A stretch of 64,000 nucleotides of DNA from Octopus sinensis (taxonomy: Eukaryota), in contig NC_042999.1 in NCBI RefSeq assembly GCF_006345805.1, positions 7,006,001 to 7,070,000 on the forward strand. Direction: 5' to 3'. The position numbers were made by a program, and so were the translations under genes. The number at the start of each line of letters is the position of its first letter. The stretch's first letter is position 1. Positions 38,029 through 52,777 of the stretch are shown here, piece after piece. A model generated the notes under the pieces. It was not told where the DNA came from, searched no databases, and saw only the letters and a list, made by a program, of their open reading frames with translations.

Positions 38029-39273
38029 GGTTAAGTAATTGAGATTCTAGTGAATTCTAAAGAATTCACATGAATATGGTCCTTAACTAGGATGCACCGG
38101 ATATCTATATGGTGTTAACCATACGACAAGTGGGGTGATTATAAATAGGAAAAAGCAACAAGAATGGATTAAAATCTCGGTACGATCGTTTCGTACGAGG
38201 ACATCTTTAATAAGCTACAAAAAATGCAGTGAATACAGATGGCTCGTACTCGTCAGCCGAAAAAATATCAGAGAATTCCCAAACATCAAAAGGGGTAGAT
38301 ACAAAAGAGGTTGTAAGATTAACTGCATTGAAGAAAGTTCGATTCATGGAGATCCGATGAAAGGTTTTAAACCTATAGAATTTATGCATGTCTACATATA
38401 GCTCATATTGAATATTTGATCAAGTTGTATGAAGAAATTTTCGGATACAGTCATGCAAAATTTCTGAAAATCCGAGTAAGAGGCAAAGTGACTGCCACAT
38501 CATGTAGAGGAAAGTCTGAGTAAAAACATAGTGACTGTCATATCGTGTAGAGGAACAGATTGTTATTGAAATTTACAAGAATCGCAGATAAGTTCGATTT
38601 TTTGGAGATCCGATGAAAAAGTCTTGAACTTACAAAATTTGTGTATGTCCTTATAGTTCGTAATCCAGTTTTGTGGAGAGATTTAGGGTACAATCATGCG
38701 AAAATATCAGGGAGTTCGAATGAGAAGCAAAAATGACAGTCTTATATTGTAGTGGTTCAGGTTGTTAATGAAATTTTCAAGAATCACAGAAAGAGGAGGA
38801 AGGGGGTAGGAATTTAATCAGTTACTGCTATATAAGCTGTCAAAGAGAAAGGAAAGGGGAAGCTAAGGGGATGGGCACAATTTGATACTAACAAAAAAGT
38901 CTAAGTTTGTTTGGAACAAATTCGAACTGAGGTCAACAATTTGTTTCTTTTTCTATATATATATATATATATATATATATTTCTGGCATATCTGGCATTA
39001 GAAATTTTTTCGTTTGCCCTTATTTATGAATTGTTTATAGATTTAACCTTTAAAGGTATTTTTTGATATGCTGGCCATTGATAAAATTTTTTTTGGAAAA
39101 TAATTTTTTTCGAAAAATGTTATACTTCATTAGATATATATATAAGAATATCTGAAGAAGGAATTATATTCCGAAATATCATATCAGACAGTGGATGACT
39201 AAATTACAAGAGGTATATAGCCCATTGTTTGTATTATAGTGCATTGTTGTACCATTCAAAACTTTTTGTTCAC

Positions 39274-39325
<52 letters not shown>

Positions 39326-39639
39326 GCTGTTGTTGTTGTTGTTAGATGAGAATGCTTGAGGAATTTTTGAAGAGTTAAACAGTTCGTCTAAAAGCTTTTG
39401 AAAGAAAATCAAGAAACTTCAGAACTCCTGAATACGCACTCACACACACACTTACACATACTGCCATATATATATACATGCATGCATATATACATACATA
39501 CATACATACATACATACATACATACGTACGTGTGTATGTGTATGTGTATGTATGTATGTATGTATGTGTATGTATGTATGTATGTATGTATGTATGTGTA
39601 TGTATATATATATATGTATGTATGTATATGTATATGTAA

Positions 39640-40367
39640 GCATCGGTGGCTTCAACAAGTTTCCTCTAGCGGCCAGGGATGGAATGAACAAACTTCTGAA
39701 GAACGTAGTCTGGGATATCATTGAGAACCTCCTGAATCTGTGTCTCCAAGTCTTCCCGTGTGCGAGGTTTTGACTTGTACACCTCCTCTTTTGTGCAACC
39801 CCACAGGTGAAAATCCCATGGAATAAGATCTGGACTTCTGTGATCCCAGTCTTCAGGTTTGGGATCCTGCACATAATGTGGTTTCCACACCCGCAAGTTC
39901 ACTTTAGGCAACACTGTATGCATAGCTTTTCTTGTTGGTCCACTTTCACGAGTTGCTTGATGTATTACTTTTTGCTGGCTGTGATTAAACATTTTCTGCA
40001 CTGTTGCCACGTTCTCCGCTGATCGGGATGTGGCTGGACTGCCACTTCTTCTTGCATTGTTGACAGAGCTCGTGCTCATGAGCTTTGCATGAAAACTTTT
40101 TATTGTCTCCAGACGTAGTGTTGCATGCTTGCCTTTCCATGCACGTCACCATCTCTGAACCAAAACAATGGAATTCCACACGTCATAGCGTACTGCTATC
40201 TTAGATCGCTCCTGAACAGTCAAGCGACCAGCCATCTGGAAAATAAGAAATGAGACAATAAGAAACTAAGAAATCCTCATTAGTGTTGTCTGTTTAAAAA
40301 ATGTTTTCGTCATGATTTCTATAAGCAATTCAATTTTTAATGTGTAGTTACTTTCCACTCACCTTAT
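39640..40367 (-). mobile_element. Internally deleted Tc1/mariner-superfamily (maT/rosa-like) element
   Basis: WKPHYVQ..PED joined directly to [17 protein letters not shown]..KEEVY; probable 5' TIR near 40340-40367. Confidence 0.75.
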
Positions 40368-41080
40368 ATATATATATGCAAAAAAGTCAAGGTAGAAAAT
40401 ACTAAATAATTTCATAAAAATTAAAAAAAACATTTCAGTACCGCTTACGGTCATTGAGACTTTTTCAACTGTAAGTATGGAAAACAATTAAATTTGGAAA
40501 AGACAAAAGTTTTTAAAAAAGAATATTTGCATAGTATTCAAATACAACTGGCATTTTCTTTGTTTCTGCCTCTCTCTGTCTCTCTTGTTTACTCATTTGG
40601 GTTCGAGATCATTGTGAATTCTTGGGAGAGAAGAAAAATGTTAGTTCTAACATCTCTCTAAGAGATCAACGCAGCATTTATACTGATAAGAAATTCGTAT
40701 TCACTTCAACATGGCTGTCTGTAGGAATGGACTCCACTGCGAGTTTTTAACCCTAAGAGGACATCTTTAGCTGGTTAACAATGCAAAGCTACATTCAAAA
40801 AGTTACGAGCAGGGGAGCAAACCGCTACCACCTTCTAGCAACGGGACCAGTAGACTAGTCTTGGTATCGGGCTATTTCTGCCGCTCTTTGGTACTGGACA
40901 CCTCGTGTTCTAGAGATGCTAGTAGCTCGCCTCTGTTTGTAATGTATATATTTCAAGCGAACGTACAATCGCTGATTTTGCGACAAGCAAAAATGTTACT
41001 TCTAAAATTTCTCTAAGAGATCAACGCGTTGTGAAATATTTTGCTGACAAATGTCTGGTGCCAAATCAGAAGTGATTTTT

Positions 41081-41482
41081 CTCTTTATCTCTTTTACTTG
41101 TTTCAGTCATTTGACTGCAGCCATGCTGGAGCACCGCCTTTTAGTCGAGGACTTATTCTTTGTAAGCCTAGTACTTATCCTATCGGTCTCTTTTGCCGAA
41201 CCGCTAAGTAACGGGGACGTAAACACACCAGCATCGGTTGTCAAGCGATGTTGGGGAGACAAACACAGACACACAAATACACACACACATATATATATAT
41301 ACATATAAATATATATACGACGGGCTTCTTTCAGTGTCCGTCTACCAAATCACTCACAAGGCTTTGGTTGGCCCGAGGCTATAGTAGAAGACACTTGCCC
41401 AAGGTGCCACGCGGTGGGACTGAACCCGGAACTGTGTGGTTGGTAAGCAAGCTACTTACCACACAGCCACTCCTGCGCCTAT
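41081..41482 (-). mobile_element. SINE-B, full length
   Basis: Family similarity. Confidence 0.92.
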
Positions 41483-41789
41483 ATTTGAAAGATATTTTTC
41501 GTATAGTAAAGGCAAGAACATAGCAAGATATAATACTTGATATTTCTTCATAGCAAAGTACCGATACAAAACTAGAAGAGAATGCTATAGAGGGACCACC
41601 GACTAATTTCATTTTAGCCAAACTACTCTTTTTTCGACGGTTGGCGTGAATAGAGCAATATTGGGTGAATTATTTCAGAATCACTGAATAAAACCGAACC
41701 TAGAAAAGTGATGTGGTTAAAATGCTAGAGTGCTGTCGGACGACCGCTGTCTTTTGCATTAATTTTTTTTTTATAGAGGATATATAAAT

Positions 41790-42129
41790 CAGAGACCCCC
41801 TTCGGTCACGACACAGACCATGGGATTGCACCTAGAAAGTTACCCTCCCAGGCACAAGTCCGGGCAATGTTGTTTATGGAAGACCAGCAGTCGCCCATGC
41901 ATACCGGTCTCTCCTCTGCACGCCACCAGTGTTATCCAAGGGAAAGACAAAGGTCGATACAGCTTGGCACCAGTGACGTCGCAACTCATTTCTACAGCTG
42001 AGTGAACTGGAGCAACGTGAAATAAAGTGTATTGCTCAAGAACACAACACGCAGCCCGATCCGGGATTCGAGCTCACAACCTCACGATCGTAAGCTCGAC
42101 GCTCTAACCACTGAGCCATGCGCCTTCAC
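41790..42129 (-). mobile_element. SINE-D (tRNA head, CORE-like middle, distinct 3' tail)
   Basis: 13-bp TSD AGGATATATAAAT at 41777-41789 and 42130-42142. Confidence 0.9.
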
Positions 42130-43310
42130 AGGATATATAAATATTATGATACAAATAAACGTTTATTTAGAATAAACGTGGGGGTGTTTTGTTTGGCGAT
42201 GTACTCATGTCAAAAGAACAGCTCGGCCATGAAGCATTTTGGCATGGTAGTTTCTCAGAAGCGCTTTGATTTGTAGACACCATTTCCAATTAATCACTGG
42301 AAGAAAACAATCCAAATATATCACTGTCAATTGAAAGAAAAAATATCATAAATAAATCCTCGCGCGCGAAATAAAATGAAATTTCTTTGATATTTTATTT
42401 GAAGAATAAACTGAGGAAGCAAGTTCAAAATAAAACAAATATTTACAAAGGAAAATGCGATGATTCATTTAAAACAGTGTACAGTGTGTTTCCTATACAC
42501 ATTCATCAAACACACACAGACACAGACACACACATATCACACACATACATCACACACCACATGCATACACACACGACCAATACGTTCATATACGCAATCA
42601 TGAATGCACAGAAAAGAAAAATGGGAAACTCAAACAATTTCTAAATAACTCTTAGCTTCTTCATCCAGTCCTTGGAAATTCGAATGATTCCCTTCCCCCA
42701 AGAAATAAGGTCTCCGCATTAACTGTGAGTTGTTGTCTAAATAAAATGGCGGATATACCAAAATAAAAATTTTGTCTCCGGCTGAGAATGATATAATAAT
42801 GTGTTTTAAGTAATATACGCGTAGCAATTTTCATTTATTTGGAGCAGCGTAGATATTTTACTTTCTCTACCTCAATATATTTATGCTTAAGTTGTAGAAA
42901 ATAGCGTTTCGGACAATATAGAAGGTGGTATGTACACTGTTACATACTGTTTTATTTTACGCTAAATACAGAATGATTATCGAAAAATGAATGAAATAAG
43001 AAATAAGGAAAGCTTGTAAAAAGTTAAAAAAACGACCCTTTATATTTCGAGTTCAAAGTCTATTTTCAGGAGAGTACAGCCATAGGTCCTGCCGTTTTGG
43101 ATAGTCCGGTGTTTGAGTTGGTAACAACAGAATGATTCTATATACTTTCTCCTGGTTACTAACAATTAGTTTGACTGGAAGAACTTCGAGTGACAAAAAT
43201 ACTATTGCTGATGTAAAACTTGGTTCCATTTCGACCCCAGAAACTCTTACGAAAGACACTTGAACATTCACGAGGGTGTGTGTGGCTGTATGTGGAAATG
43301 CGTCTCTATG

Positions 43311-43714
43311 TGTGGCTGTGTGGTAAGTAGCTTGCTAACCAACCATATGGTTCCGGGTTCAGTCCCACTGCGTGGCATCTTGGGCAAGTGTCTTCTGCTA
43401 TAGCCCCGGGCCGACCAATGCCTTGTGAGTGGATTTGGTAGACGGAAACTGAAAGAAGCCTGTCGTATATATGTATATATATATAAGTGTGTGTGTATAT
43501 GTTTGTGTGTCTGTGTTTGTCCCCCTAGCATTGCTTGACAACCGATGCTGGTGTGTTTACGTCCCCGTCACTTAGCGGTTCGGCAAAAGAGACCGATAGA
43601 ATAAGTATTGGGCTTACAAAGAATAAGTTCCGGGGTCGATTTGCTCGACTAAAAGCGGTGCTCCAGCATGGCCGCAGTCAAATGACTGAAACAAGTAAAA
43701 GAGTAAAAGAGAGA
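43311..43714 (+). mobile_element. SINE-B
   Basis: Family similarity. Confidence 0.92.
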
Positions 43715-44269
43715 GTATGCAGAACAGTACATAAGCATGTGTGCGTGCAGTGAATGTGTGTACGTGCAAATGGACCTTCATGTGTACGTTTTCTAATAGA
43801 GTGTATATTGATACATGTATGTATCGTAGTCCTCTATACTCTCAGCAGCCATGTCTATCGAAAGTGATGCTCGGCTACTCTGTGATGTCGATGCTGACTC
43901 TGTCTACCGATGGTCTTGTAGTTCTCAGCCTTTAGGGACGCCTGTTTATATGACAACTAAATGGAGCTGGAGTGAAATTTCCGTTCAAGCAATTTTCATT
44001 GTTTGGCCAAGTGTGTTACCAACTTATTGAATTAGGGTTTATATGGATGAGTATTCCGCAGACGTTAATATAATTTTAGAGTAAAATCTTCGTGATATAA
44101 GGCGTATCTAAATTGGATCAATGAACTACAACTTTAATCATTCCCAAGGGCTTCCGTTCAGTTTCCGCTGATTCAATTTAATTCATTAAGCTAGTATTTA
44201 GCATGATATTTGTGTATATAATCATATATACGATCCCCAATAGTTGATTTAATGTGTGTGTGTGTGTGT

Positions 44270-44690
44270 GTGGTTGTATGGATCAAATCAGTGTGATTCA
44301 AATTCGTTGGTACTCCGAGAGTTTCAAGTGTGATGCTAATTTTCAGCCATATTGAATCTATTGGTCAAATTCAATATTCTTTTCTACTCTAGGCACAAGG
44401 CCCGAAATGTTGGGCGACGGGGCTAGTCAATTAGATCGACCCCAGTACGAAACTGGTACTTAATGTATCGACCCCGAAAGGATAAAAGGCAGAGTCGACC
44501 TCGGCGGAATTTGAACTTAAAACGTAATGACAGACGAAATACCGCTAAAGATTTCGCCCGGTGTGCTAACATTTCTTCCAGCTCGCCGCCTTATTATTCA
44601 AACTCAATATGGGCGAAGAATAGCACCACACTTGAAACTCAAGAGTCCCAAACAATTTGAATCAAACTGTTTTGATCCATACATGCAACT
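44270..44690. mobile_element. Palindromic MITE with a SINE-A (44380-44591, minus) in its centre
   Basis: GTATGGATCAAA..TTTCAAGTGTG mirrored by CACACTTGAAA..TTTGATCCATAC. Confidence 0.75.
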
Positions 44691-45169
44691 CCCAGTAAAT
44701 GTGTTGAGTGCCATTCTTTTGTTTGTTCATGCAATCGCATATATAGACATAGGAACTTTAGGTTAATTTAAGTAGGTTTGTGATATATTTTAACCCCTAA
44801 AAGCAAATAAACTGCAGTCATCGTGGTAAAATTTCTCTCGTAAGGTAGACGGTATAAAAACATCTTATCTGCCCAGTGATTCCCCTTATCAGATTCCCGG
44901 AGGCGCGTTTCTAGCATTTTGCCCTTCTTCAGTGAGAACTACCGATGAGATATAACCTTCAGCACATTTAAGGCCATAGCTTTTACTAAAAGGCAGGAAA
45001 TATCAATAACTGAGTTGCGATATTGGACTTTAGGTTAGCTAAAACATGCTTGTGGCACATCTCAACTAAAACTACAGTTCGTTTATACGTAATCACTACT
45101 TGGCGCGATATGTATATATATATATATAAAGTTCGTAAAAAAGTTCGTATTCCATGTTTTCGCATGCTG

Positions 45170-45235
<66 letters not shown>

Positions 45236-45239
45236 TATA

Positions 45240-45790
45240 TATAACTAATGTAAGTTAAAATTTTTTCGGAAAAAAATTTTATCAATGGCTAGCATATTAA
45301 AAATACCTTTAAAGGTTATATTTATAAATAACTTATAAAATAAGGTCAAAAGAAAAATTCTAATGCCAAATATGCCGAAAATAGACAAAATTGTCAATAA
45401 CCATTATAATTTATGCGTCTCGAAACAAGCCGAAAGAAATTTCTAAAAAATTCCGTTATTACCGTATTGATCCCAATTTCGGGGTTAATTCATAAGAAAT
45501 TTTCCCCTCCTCAGTGATAAGATATAAATAAAATACTTACTCATACCCATGGAAAAAGCAAGCACTAAGTCCTGAGCAGACCTAAGTACCCCAAATATAT
45601 ACAAAATAGAAAATCTTCAGCACATCTCGAGACACGTGTCATTCGAACTAGAAACTTTCACAGAGTGAGAGAGTCCGGTAGTTTTCTCTGCATACTTTTA
45701 CACATTTAAAGGTTAAATTTATAAATTTTTTCGGCATATTTGGCATTAGAATTTTTCTTTTGCCCTTATTTTATAAGTTATATATATTAT
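45240..45790. mobile_element. AT-rich MITE-like element; related piece at 38980-39145
   Basis: AAAATTCTAATGCCAAATATGCCGAAAA inverted as TTTTCGGCATATTTGGCATTAGAATTTT. Confidence 0.55.
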
Positions 45791-45812
45791 ATATATATAT
45801 ATATATATATTT

Positions 45813-45859
<47 letters not shown>

Positions 45860-46616
45860 CATAAATTTCCCTAAGATATAACTGTAAATCCAGGGCAGCC
45901 ATTGTACAAACTGTTGTCATTAATTTACTCAAGATTAAGAAAACCGTCGATAATCCTCAAACCAGTTCTAAACCAGTTTTAACATCTCTATAATATCTTT
46001 GTAACGTTAGAATGCTTTCATGCACTCAATACCATGCATGTAAGAATTGTCGACATCTACCATTCGACGAGATGTCCGACCAACGGGGTTAAACAATATG
46101 AATGTACCTCTTTATAAATCTTGAGACTGCTACTCATTGGTCACAAAGCGTTCGGATTTAAGTGCTCATTAAGTCAGTTAATTAAGTATTCATTATATCA
46201 ATTAATCAAACTCGAACTTCAGATTGCTTACTGATGATATCTGGTATTTATTCATAAAACATCAATATTTGGCGGATAGCAAAGACAATCTCGCAGACTA
46301 TTTCAGTATATTTTTGCTTTACGTAAAAAACTTCAATGAGTCTGTAGATTCCTCATAAACTGCCATCAATGACAGATTTCCAAAATAACTTCTTATTGAG
46401 TCTCAAACTACATATTTCTTGCCCGGATATAGTTTGGCTCTTATTACAGTTTTAGTTACGACTGATAGTTATACTATGAGTCGTCGCTATGATTAACTCA
46501 GATCATAACCAGTTATAGTGTAACTTGCTATGTTAGATATACTATGACTCTGTAGCATAGTATAGTAGTATACTATAATATACGATACTATTATATACTA
46601 TTATATATACGATACA

Positions 46617-47034
46617 TAGGCGTATGAGTGGCTCTGTGGTAAGTAGCTTGCTTACTAACCACATGGTTCCGGTTTTAGTCCCACTGCGTGGCACCTTGGG
46701 CAAGTGTCTGCTACTATAGCCTCGGGCCGACCAAAACCTTGTGAGTGGATATGGTAGACGGAAACTGAAAGAAGCCTGTCGTATATATGTATGTATATAT
46801 ATATATATGTATGTGTGTGTATAAGTTTGTGTGTCTGTGTTTGTCCCCCCAACAGCGCTTGATAACCGATGCTGATGTGTTTACGTCTCCGTAACTTAGC
46901 GGTTCGGCGAAACAGACTGATAGAATAAGCACTAGGCTTACAAAGAATGAATAAGTCCTGGGGGTCGATTTGCTCGACTAAAGGCGGTGCTCCAGCATGG
47001 CCACTGTGAAATGACTGAAACAAGTAAAAGAGTA
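46617..47034 (+). mobile_element. SINE-B
   Basis: Family similarity. Confidence 0.9.
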
Positions 47035-47244
47035 ATACTGCTCTAGTACAATACTAGTGTATATGTTACGCAAGCTGATATGTAATACATGTCGTTTCTT
47101 GAAGGCAAAATCCGATATGCATCTGTCAATAACCAGATCTTCAGAGAAACACTTTAAACATGAGATAACACAGTTACGTCTTCATTGTCGGTCGATCTGC
47201 TAGAAATAGCAGTCATATCTCCTTTAAAGATAACCACAACAAAC

Positions 47245-47654
47245 TCTTTTACCCTTTTACTTGTTTCAGTCATTTGACTGCGGCCATGCTGGAGCACCGC
47301 CTTTAGTCGAGCAAATCGACCCCAGAACTTATTCTTTGTAAGCCCAGTACTTATTCTATCGGTCTCTATTGCCGAACCGCTAAGTGACGGGGACATAAAC
47401 ACACCTGCATTGGTTGTCAAGCAATGCTAGGGGGACAAACACAGACACACAAACATATACACACACACTTATATATATATACATATATACGACAGGCTTC
47501 TTTCAGTTTCCGTCTACCAAATCCACTCACAAGGCATTGGTCGGCCCGGGGCTATAGCAGAAGACACTTGCCCAAGATGCCACGCAGTGGGACTGAACCC
47601 GGAACCGTGTGGTTGGTTAGCAAGCTACTTACCACACAGCCACTCCTGCGCCTA
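47245..47654 (-). mobile_element. SINE-B
   Basis: Family similarity. Confidence 0.92.
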
Positions 47655-48959
47655 TTGAAATACTTTATATACTGATAACAATTATCTGCACTGATCGTGT
47701 AAAGTCGTTGTTTAAAAGCGCTCCAGATATGACCACCACATCCTTTTTGCCTCAACATCATGTATCCCAAACTATTTTACCAAATACACCTTTTCTTTTT
47801 CGAGAAATAAGAATGAATAGAAGGTTTGAGGTAGATACGGTTGCTAGTTTTAGCATTCCGAATGACCTCGTGGAGGTTCTTTTACTGGTTGCACTGATAA
47901 CAGCTGGAATTCGTCGGAATAATAAGATTAATTAGAATAATACAATTAACTGCAATTCTAATTTATTGTTAACAAGAAAACGTAACGAATACTATGTCAC
48001 CTCCAAAACTGCTAACATCTTTGAATCTCATATTATTCTTTCTCAAAGACACAACGCGCCGCCGGGAATCGAACTCACGGCTGTGAGTAGAATACTCCAG
48101 ACCATCATGCCCCGCACCTTCATTTGCGAATTTAATTTTAATAAAAACGAAATATCACAGATGTGTTCCTTGCAGGAATTGAAACCTGATCCCGGGCTTT
48201 GCGGATCTCTGGCTCAATCCAGCTGCTTGGAGATCCTCATCAGTTCAGCCCACGCCTCATCACTGTGATAACAATAACTTATAGATTAGCCATTGTTGAC
48301 AAGCACCATTGTCAGGACACTATAGAACTACTTGATTAGCAGACGAGGACTTTTCCATTGTTATATTTCAGTTACGTCCAGTGATATCGCTCAGTGTGAT
48401 GTCGCCATAAAATTACGTTAGTCAATGATATTAAACACCAATAAGTTTTGCACGAAAAAGAGAAAAGAAAACGAACGACAGGCACTTGTAATGTGTCCTC
48501 TGCTGCATGGAGTAACGTTGAAGATATCAAGTAAAATTGAATAAGATCAATATAAATATCAATGAAAAGCATTATTCCCAGAATAAATAAGAGAACTGTT
48601 CAGATCATAAATAAATAATTAATCTAAATCGATGCGAAAAATAACACAGAAACAAATAAACATTTTACAGACTTACATTTTAGGAGATACAAAGTAGTCA
48701 GGATATTAATGTAAGTTGTCTTGTCTTGCAAATTTTGTATTATATGTCGGCTTAGTTTGGTCTCCTGTGTAAGTAATATTTGAAAGATAAACTATCTTTT
48801 TACAAATAAAATCAAATAAATTAATCTATTATTAATCTCAGGTTGTATAAAGAAGTTGTTCCTGTATATTGACGGTAAATGTAGATATTGGATGGTTAAG
48901 TGAATCACATCGGGGGTAGTTTTCTCTGCATACTTTTAACTTTTTATTTGCTTCAATCA

Positions 48960-49260
48960 TTGAAGTGTTTAGTAGAACAAACACCATCTATTATTGATGT
49001 TTTAAAACCTGGTACTTATCTATCAGTTTCTTTTACCGAAATGCTATTTTGCAGATACGTAAAAACACTCAACATCGTAGATAAAGCGGTGGTGGAGGAT
49101 GAACACAACAAACGCATATATAAAGGGCTTCCTCACAGTTTCCGTCTACAAATTCACTCACAAGGCATTGGCAGTCCCGGGGCTACAGTAGAAGATACCT
49201 GTCCAATATACTGCACTGTAAGAGTACCCCGAAACTACATCGTTTCAAACTGAACTTCTT
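48960..49260 (-). mobile_element. Degenerate SINE-B
   Basis: Weak family similarity. Confidence 0.6.
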
Positions 49261-49604
49261 AACTACACACCCACGTGCATATTTGATATAAATTTGATCG
49301 GTTGAGCTTGAAGCACATAAGCTATAGATAAAAGCTTGTGAACATTGAGTTAAAAAAGAAACACTTTCGATTGAAGATATCGAAGGCTACCCACGGCACT
49401 TGATCCCCGTCTCTTCTAAACTTCAACTTTTCTATCCAAATGGTTTTTTTTATCCAACATTATGCGCTATTTATAGCTTTATTCGTTTCGAAACCCACTG
49501 TTCCAAAAAGAATACACACACACGCGTATGTGTGTATGTTTAATTCATTTTGTGTTGGATATTTTTGTATATTTGCGCAATAATTCTAGCAGTTCTTACA
49601 AAGA

Positions 49605-50005
49605 TAATCTTTTCTACTGAAAACACAAGACCTTGGAATTTGTTGGGAGGGGACGAGTCGATTATATCGACCCCAGTGTTTCACTGGTACTTAATTTATC
49701 AACTCCGAAAGGATGAAAGGCAAAGTTGACCTCGGCGGAATTTGAACTCAGAACGTAGCGACAAACAAAATACCTATTTCTTTACTACCCACAAGGGGCT
49801 AAACACAGAAGGGACAAACAAGGATAGACAAACGGATTAAGTCGATTATATCGACCCAGTGCGTAACTGGTACTTATTTAATCGACCCCAAAAGGATGAA
49901 AGGCAAAGTCGACCTCGGCGGAATTTGAACTCAGAATGCAGCGGCGGACGAAATACCACAAAGCATTTCGGCCAGCGTGCTAACGTTTCTGCCAGCTCGC
50001 CGCCT
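49605..50005 (-). mobile_element. SINE-A dimer
   Basis: Family similarity. Confidence 0.9.
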
Positions 50006-50644
50006 TACTCATTTTTATTGTACCTCCTCAAAGAGAACCAATTCTTTAATAATTTATAATTACTACGACTCTTAACCGACCATTTTGGTTAAACAACTTT
50101 GTTTTATATACTTCCATTTTATACCTTCATCTGAAGTCGATGCCTCGTCTGTGAATACAGGCCTCTTCAAAATGTAAGTTAATAAAGAATTTATATAATT
50201 CTTGTCTTTCTCCATATATTCAATTTTCAGTTTTTTTTCAGTTAAATTTTTTATCTTAGTATTTTGGTGGAAATATTTTGAGATGAGAAAGATTGGGTTG
50301 TGAAAACGAAATTCAACATTATTTAAGTTTTGAAATGTAAGAAAAATAACAATGGAAAAATGTGTATTTTAGTAGAAACAAATATAAAAATTCAGATTGG
50401 TTCTCTCGAGAGACAGACCAGCTTTCATCCGCGATATCCATGTGTTGTGGGATTAATAACTGGCTTTTGTTCTGTTAGCTATATATAGTTGTATGGTTCT
50501 AGATTATTAGTAGAATAGTCAAATTATCTGTACAGAGGTGCCGCAGAGAGAGATATTTCTTGGCTGGTAGTTGTAAGAGATACCAGTTTCATTTGATATC
50601 GGTTTCAGATTTTTCCACGAGGCCAGCAAGTTCAAGGGAGTGAA

Positions 50645-51003
50645 TAAGTGGTTTACATCGACCTCAGTGTTCAACTGGTACTTTGAATTCGAAAGGATGA
50701 AAGGCAAAATCGACCTCGGAGGAATTTGAACTCAGACTGTAAAGACGGACGTGCTTGGCGTGCTAACGATTCTGCCATCTGACCGCTTTATGCTTGGTGA
50801 ATATTGGTTTCAAATTTTGGTACAAGGCCAGCAATTTGTGGGGAGATGCCAAGTGGATTACATTGACCCCAGTACTTAACTGGTATTAATTTCATCGATT
50901 CCGAAAAGATGAACGGCAGAATTTGAATTCAGAACGAAAAGACGGTCAAAATGCCTCCTAGCGTTTTGATCGGCGCGATAACGAGTCTGCCAGCTCGCCG
51001 CCT
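50645..51003 (-). mobile_element. Two degenerate SINE-A units
   Basis: Family similarity. Confidence 0.75.
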
Positions 51004-51600
51004 TTACTCATTCGATATTGTAATCTGCAAGAGCAAAAGTCATGATTTCCTTCCTTCAGGTGTGAGAACTGAAGAATTCTCTTGTTTCGTGATACTAAGT
51101 TATTGAATTGTTTTAAGCTTGACTAAATTAATGCCGTACGTCATTGGATATCGGATTAATTACCACAAAGTGTATTTTGGTTTCCCAGTGACGAAAAATA
51201 CGTCATATGATGTTTAACCACGGGCCAGATCTGATTGAGTATATATATAATATAAGGCGCTGAAACCGTGGCCATTCCACCTTGTTTTAGAAAAAAATTA
51301 TCCAATTTTAGGTTATTCAAAATGTCTTTCTTTTCTTAAAACAGCAAAGGGTGATTTTAGAAAAATTTGACTACTATTTCTGGCAGGTAGAGTAACGTGA
51401 CTGAGTAAAGAATTGCTCTTTAGCTCCGATGATAAGGTACATAGTGTCAATAAACCAAATCTTTTCCAGTGATACATTAGTAGAGTGGTTAACGAAACTA
51501 TAACTTTAAAAATAACTATTTTTGTCAAATATCAAAGAACTACAAGTTTGCTTTTTAATCAATGGTCGTGTAATACATAAGTAATATTGGGTTGTGTAAG

Positions 51601-51638
<38 letters not shown>

Positions 51639-52550
51639 TCTATGTACTCTGTGCTAGTTTATGCAGTATATACGACGTCTGATGTCACAGCAATCAAATT
51701 AGCGGGACGAATATTTCAATTTACTGATAACATAATGTGTTGCTAACATTTCCATTTTTCAATATGACATTTACACTTGGCAAATAAACACATTTACTAA
51801 TAAGAGAATGCCACATAATTAACATTATATTCAATGAATCAACAATACTAATTAGTCTGAAGTTACTGTCACATGCCACTAATAATGTCACTGTCTGTCT
51901 GAAGTTTACAGAAGTATTCCGCAAGTTTATATTTCAACTTCGTTCGCAAACATTGTTGTCGTGTGAATAGGTTTTCTGATGCTGACCTTTATTTCGAGAA
52001 CGGTTAATTGGAAGAAATGGAAATGCTTTTGAAATATTCCAAGTTGAATATTGAGAATAGTTAGCACGTTGGTCTAAGGTGCGAAAGAAGGTCAGGTATT
52101 TACACGCTCATCTAAACACAGATTGTATTTCATTCACTATGACAGATCCAAATGAAGTCAAGAAAAATATCAGATTCTTTCAATAAATTTTCAATTTTGA
52201 ACAATTCCCAAGACAATATTGATTTTGTTTTCGTTAAGCGCAAGGTTCTATATCAACAACGAAGTACAAATAACTTCGAAATATTCCCACCAATAGGAGA
52301 TAAATATCAAAGTTAAATTCAAATCTAGACTTGGCTACGAAGAAAAGTTACCCTTATACAATAGCATTCGCAATAACTGAAAACTTAATATTAATACAGG
52401 GCGAAAGAATGGTAGTAAAACTAGACGGTGGTAAAATATTTTGCGGTAGACACTTCTCATTAAGTACCGCCTTTGACTTCGTCTGTTATCCTCCTTTCTG
52501 AGATAATATAAGTACCAGTAATACACTACCTAAACCGAATATTATCATCC

Positions 52551-52590
<40 letters not shown>

Positions 52591-52629
52591 TACTTGGAGA
52601 AAAGAAACGAAACGACGCGAGGGCGCTCA

Positions 52630-52711
52630 GTCATATAATAATTTAATAAATAAAATATATGCATAGATAGATACATATATGTACGTACTTACATCTACAT
52701 GTATATATACA

Positions 52712-52777
<66 letters not shown>

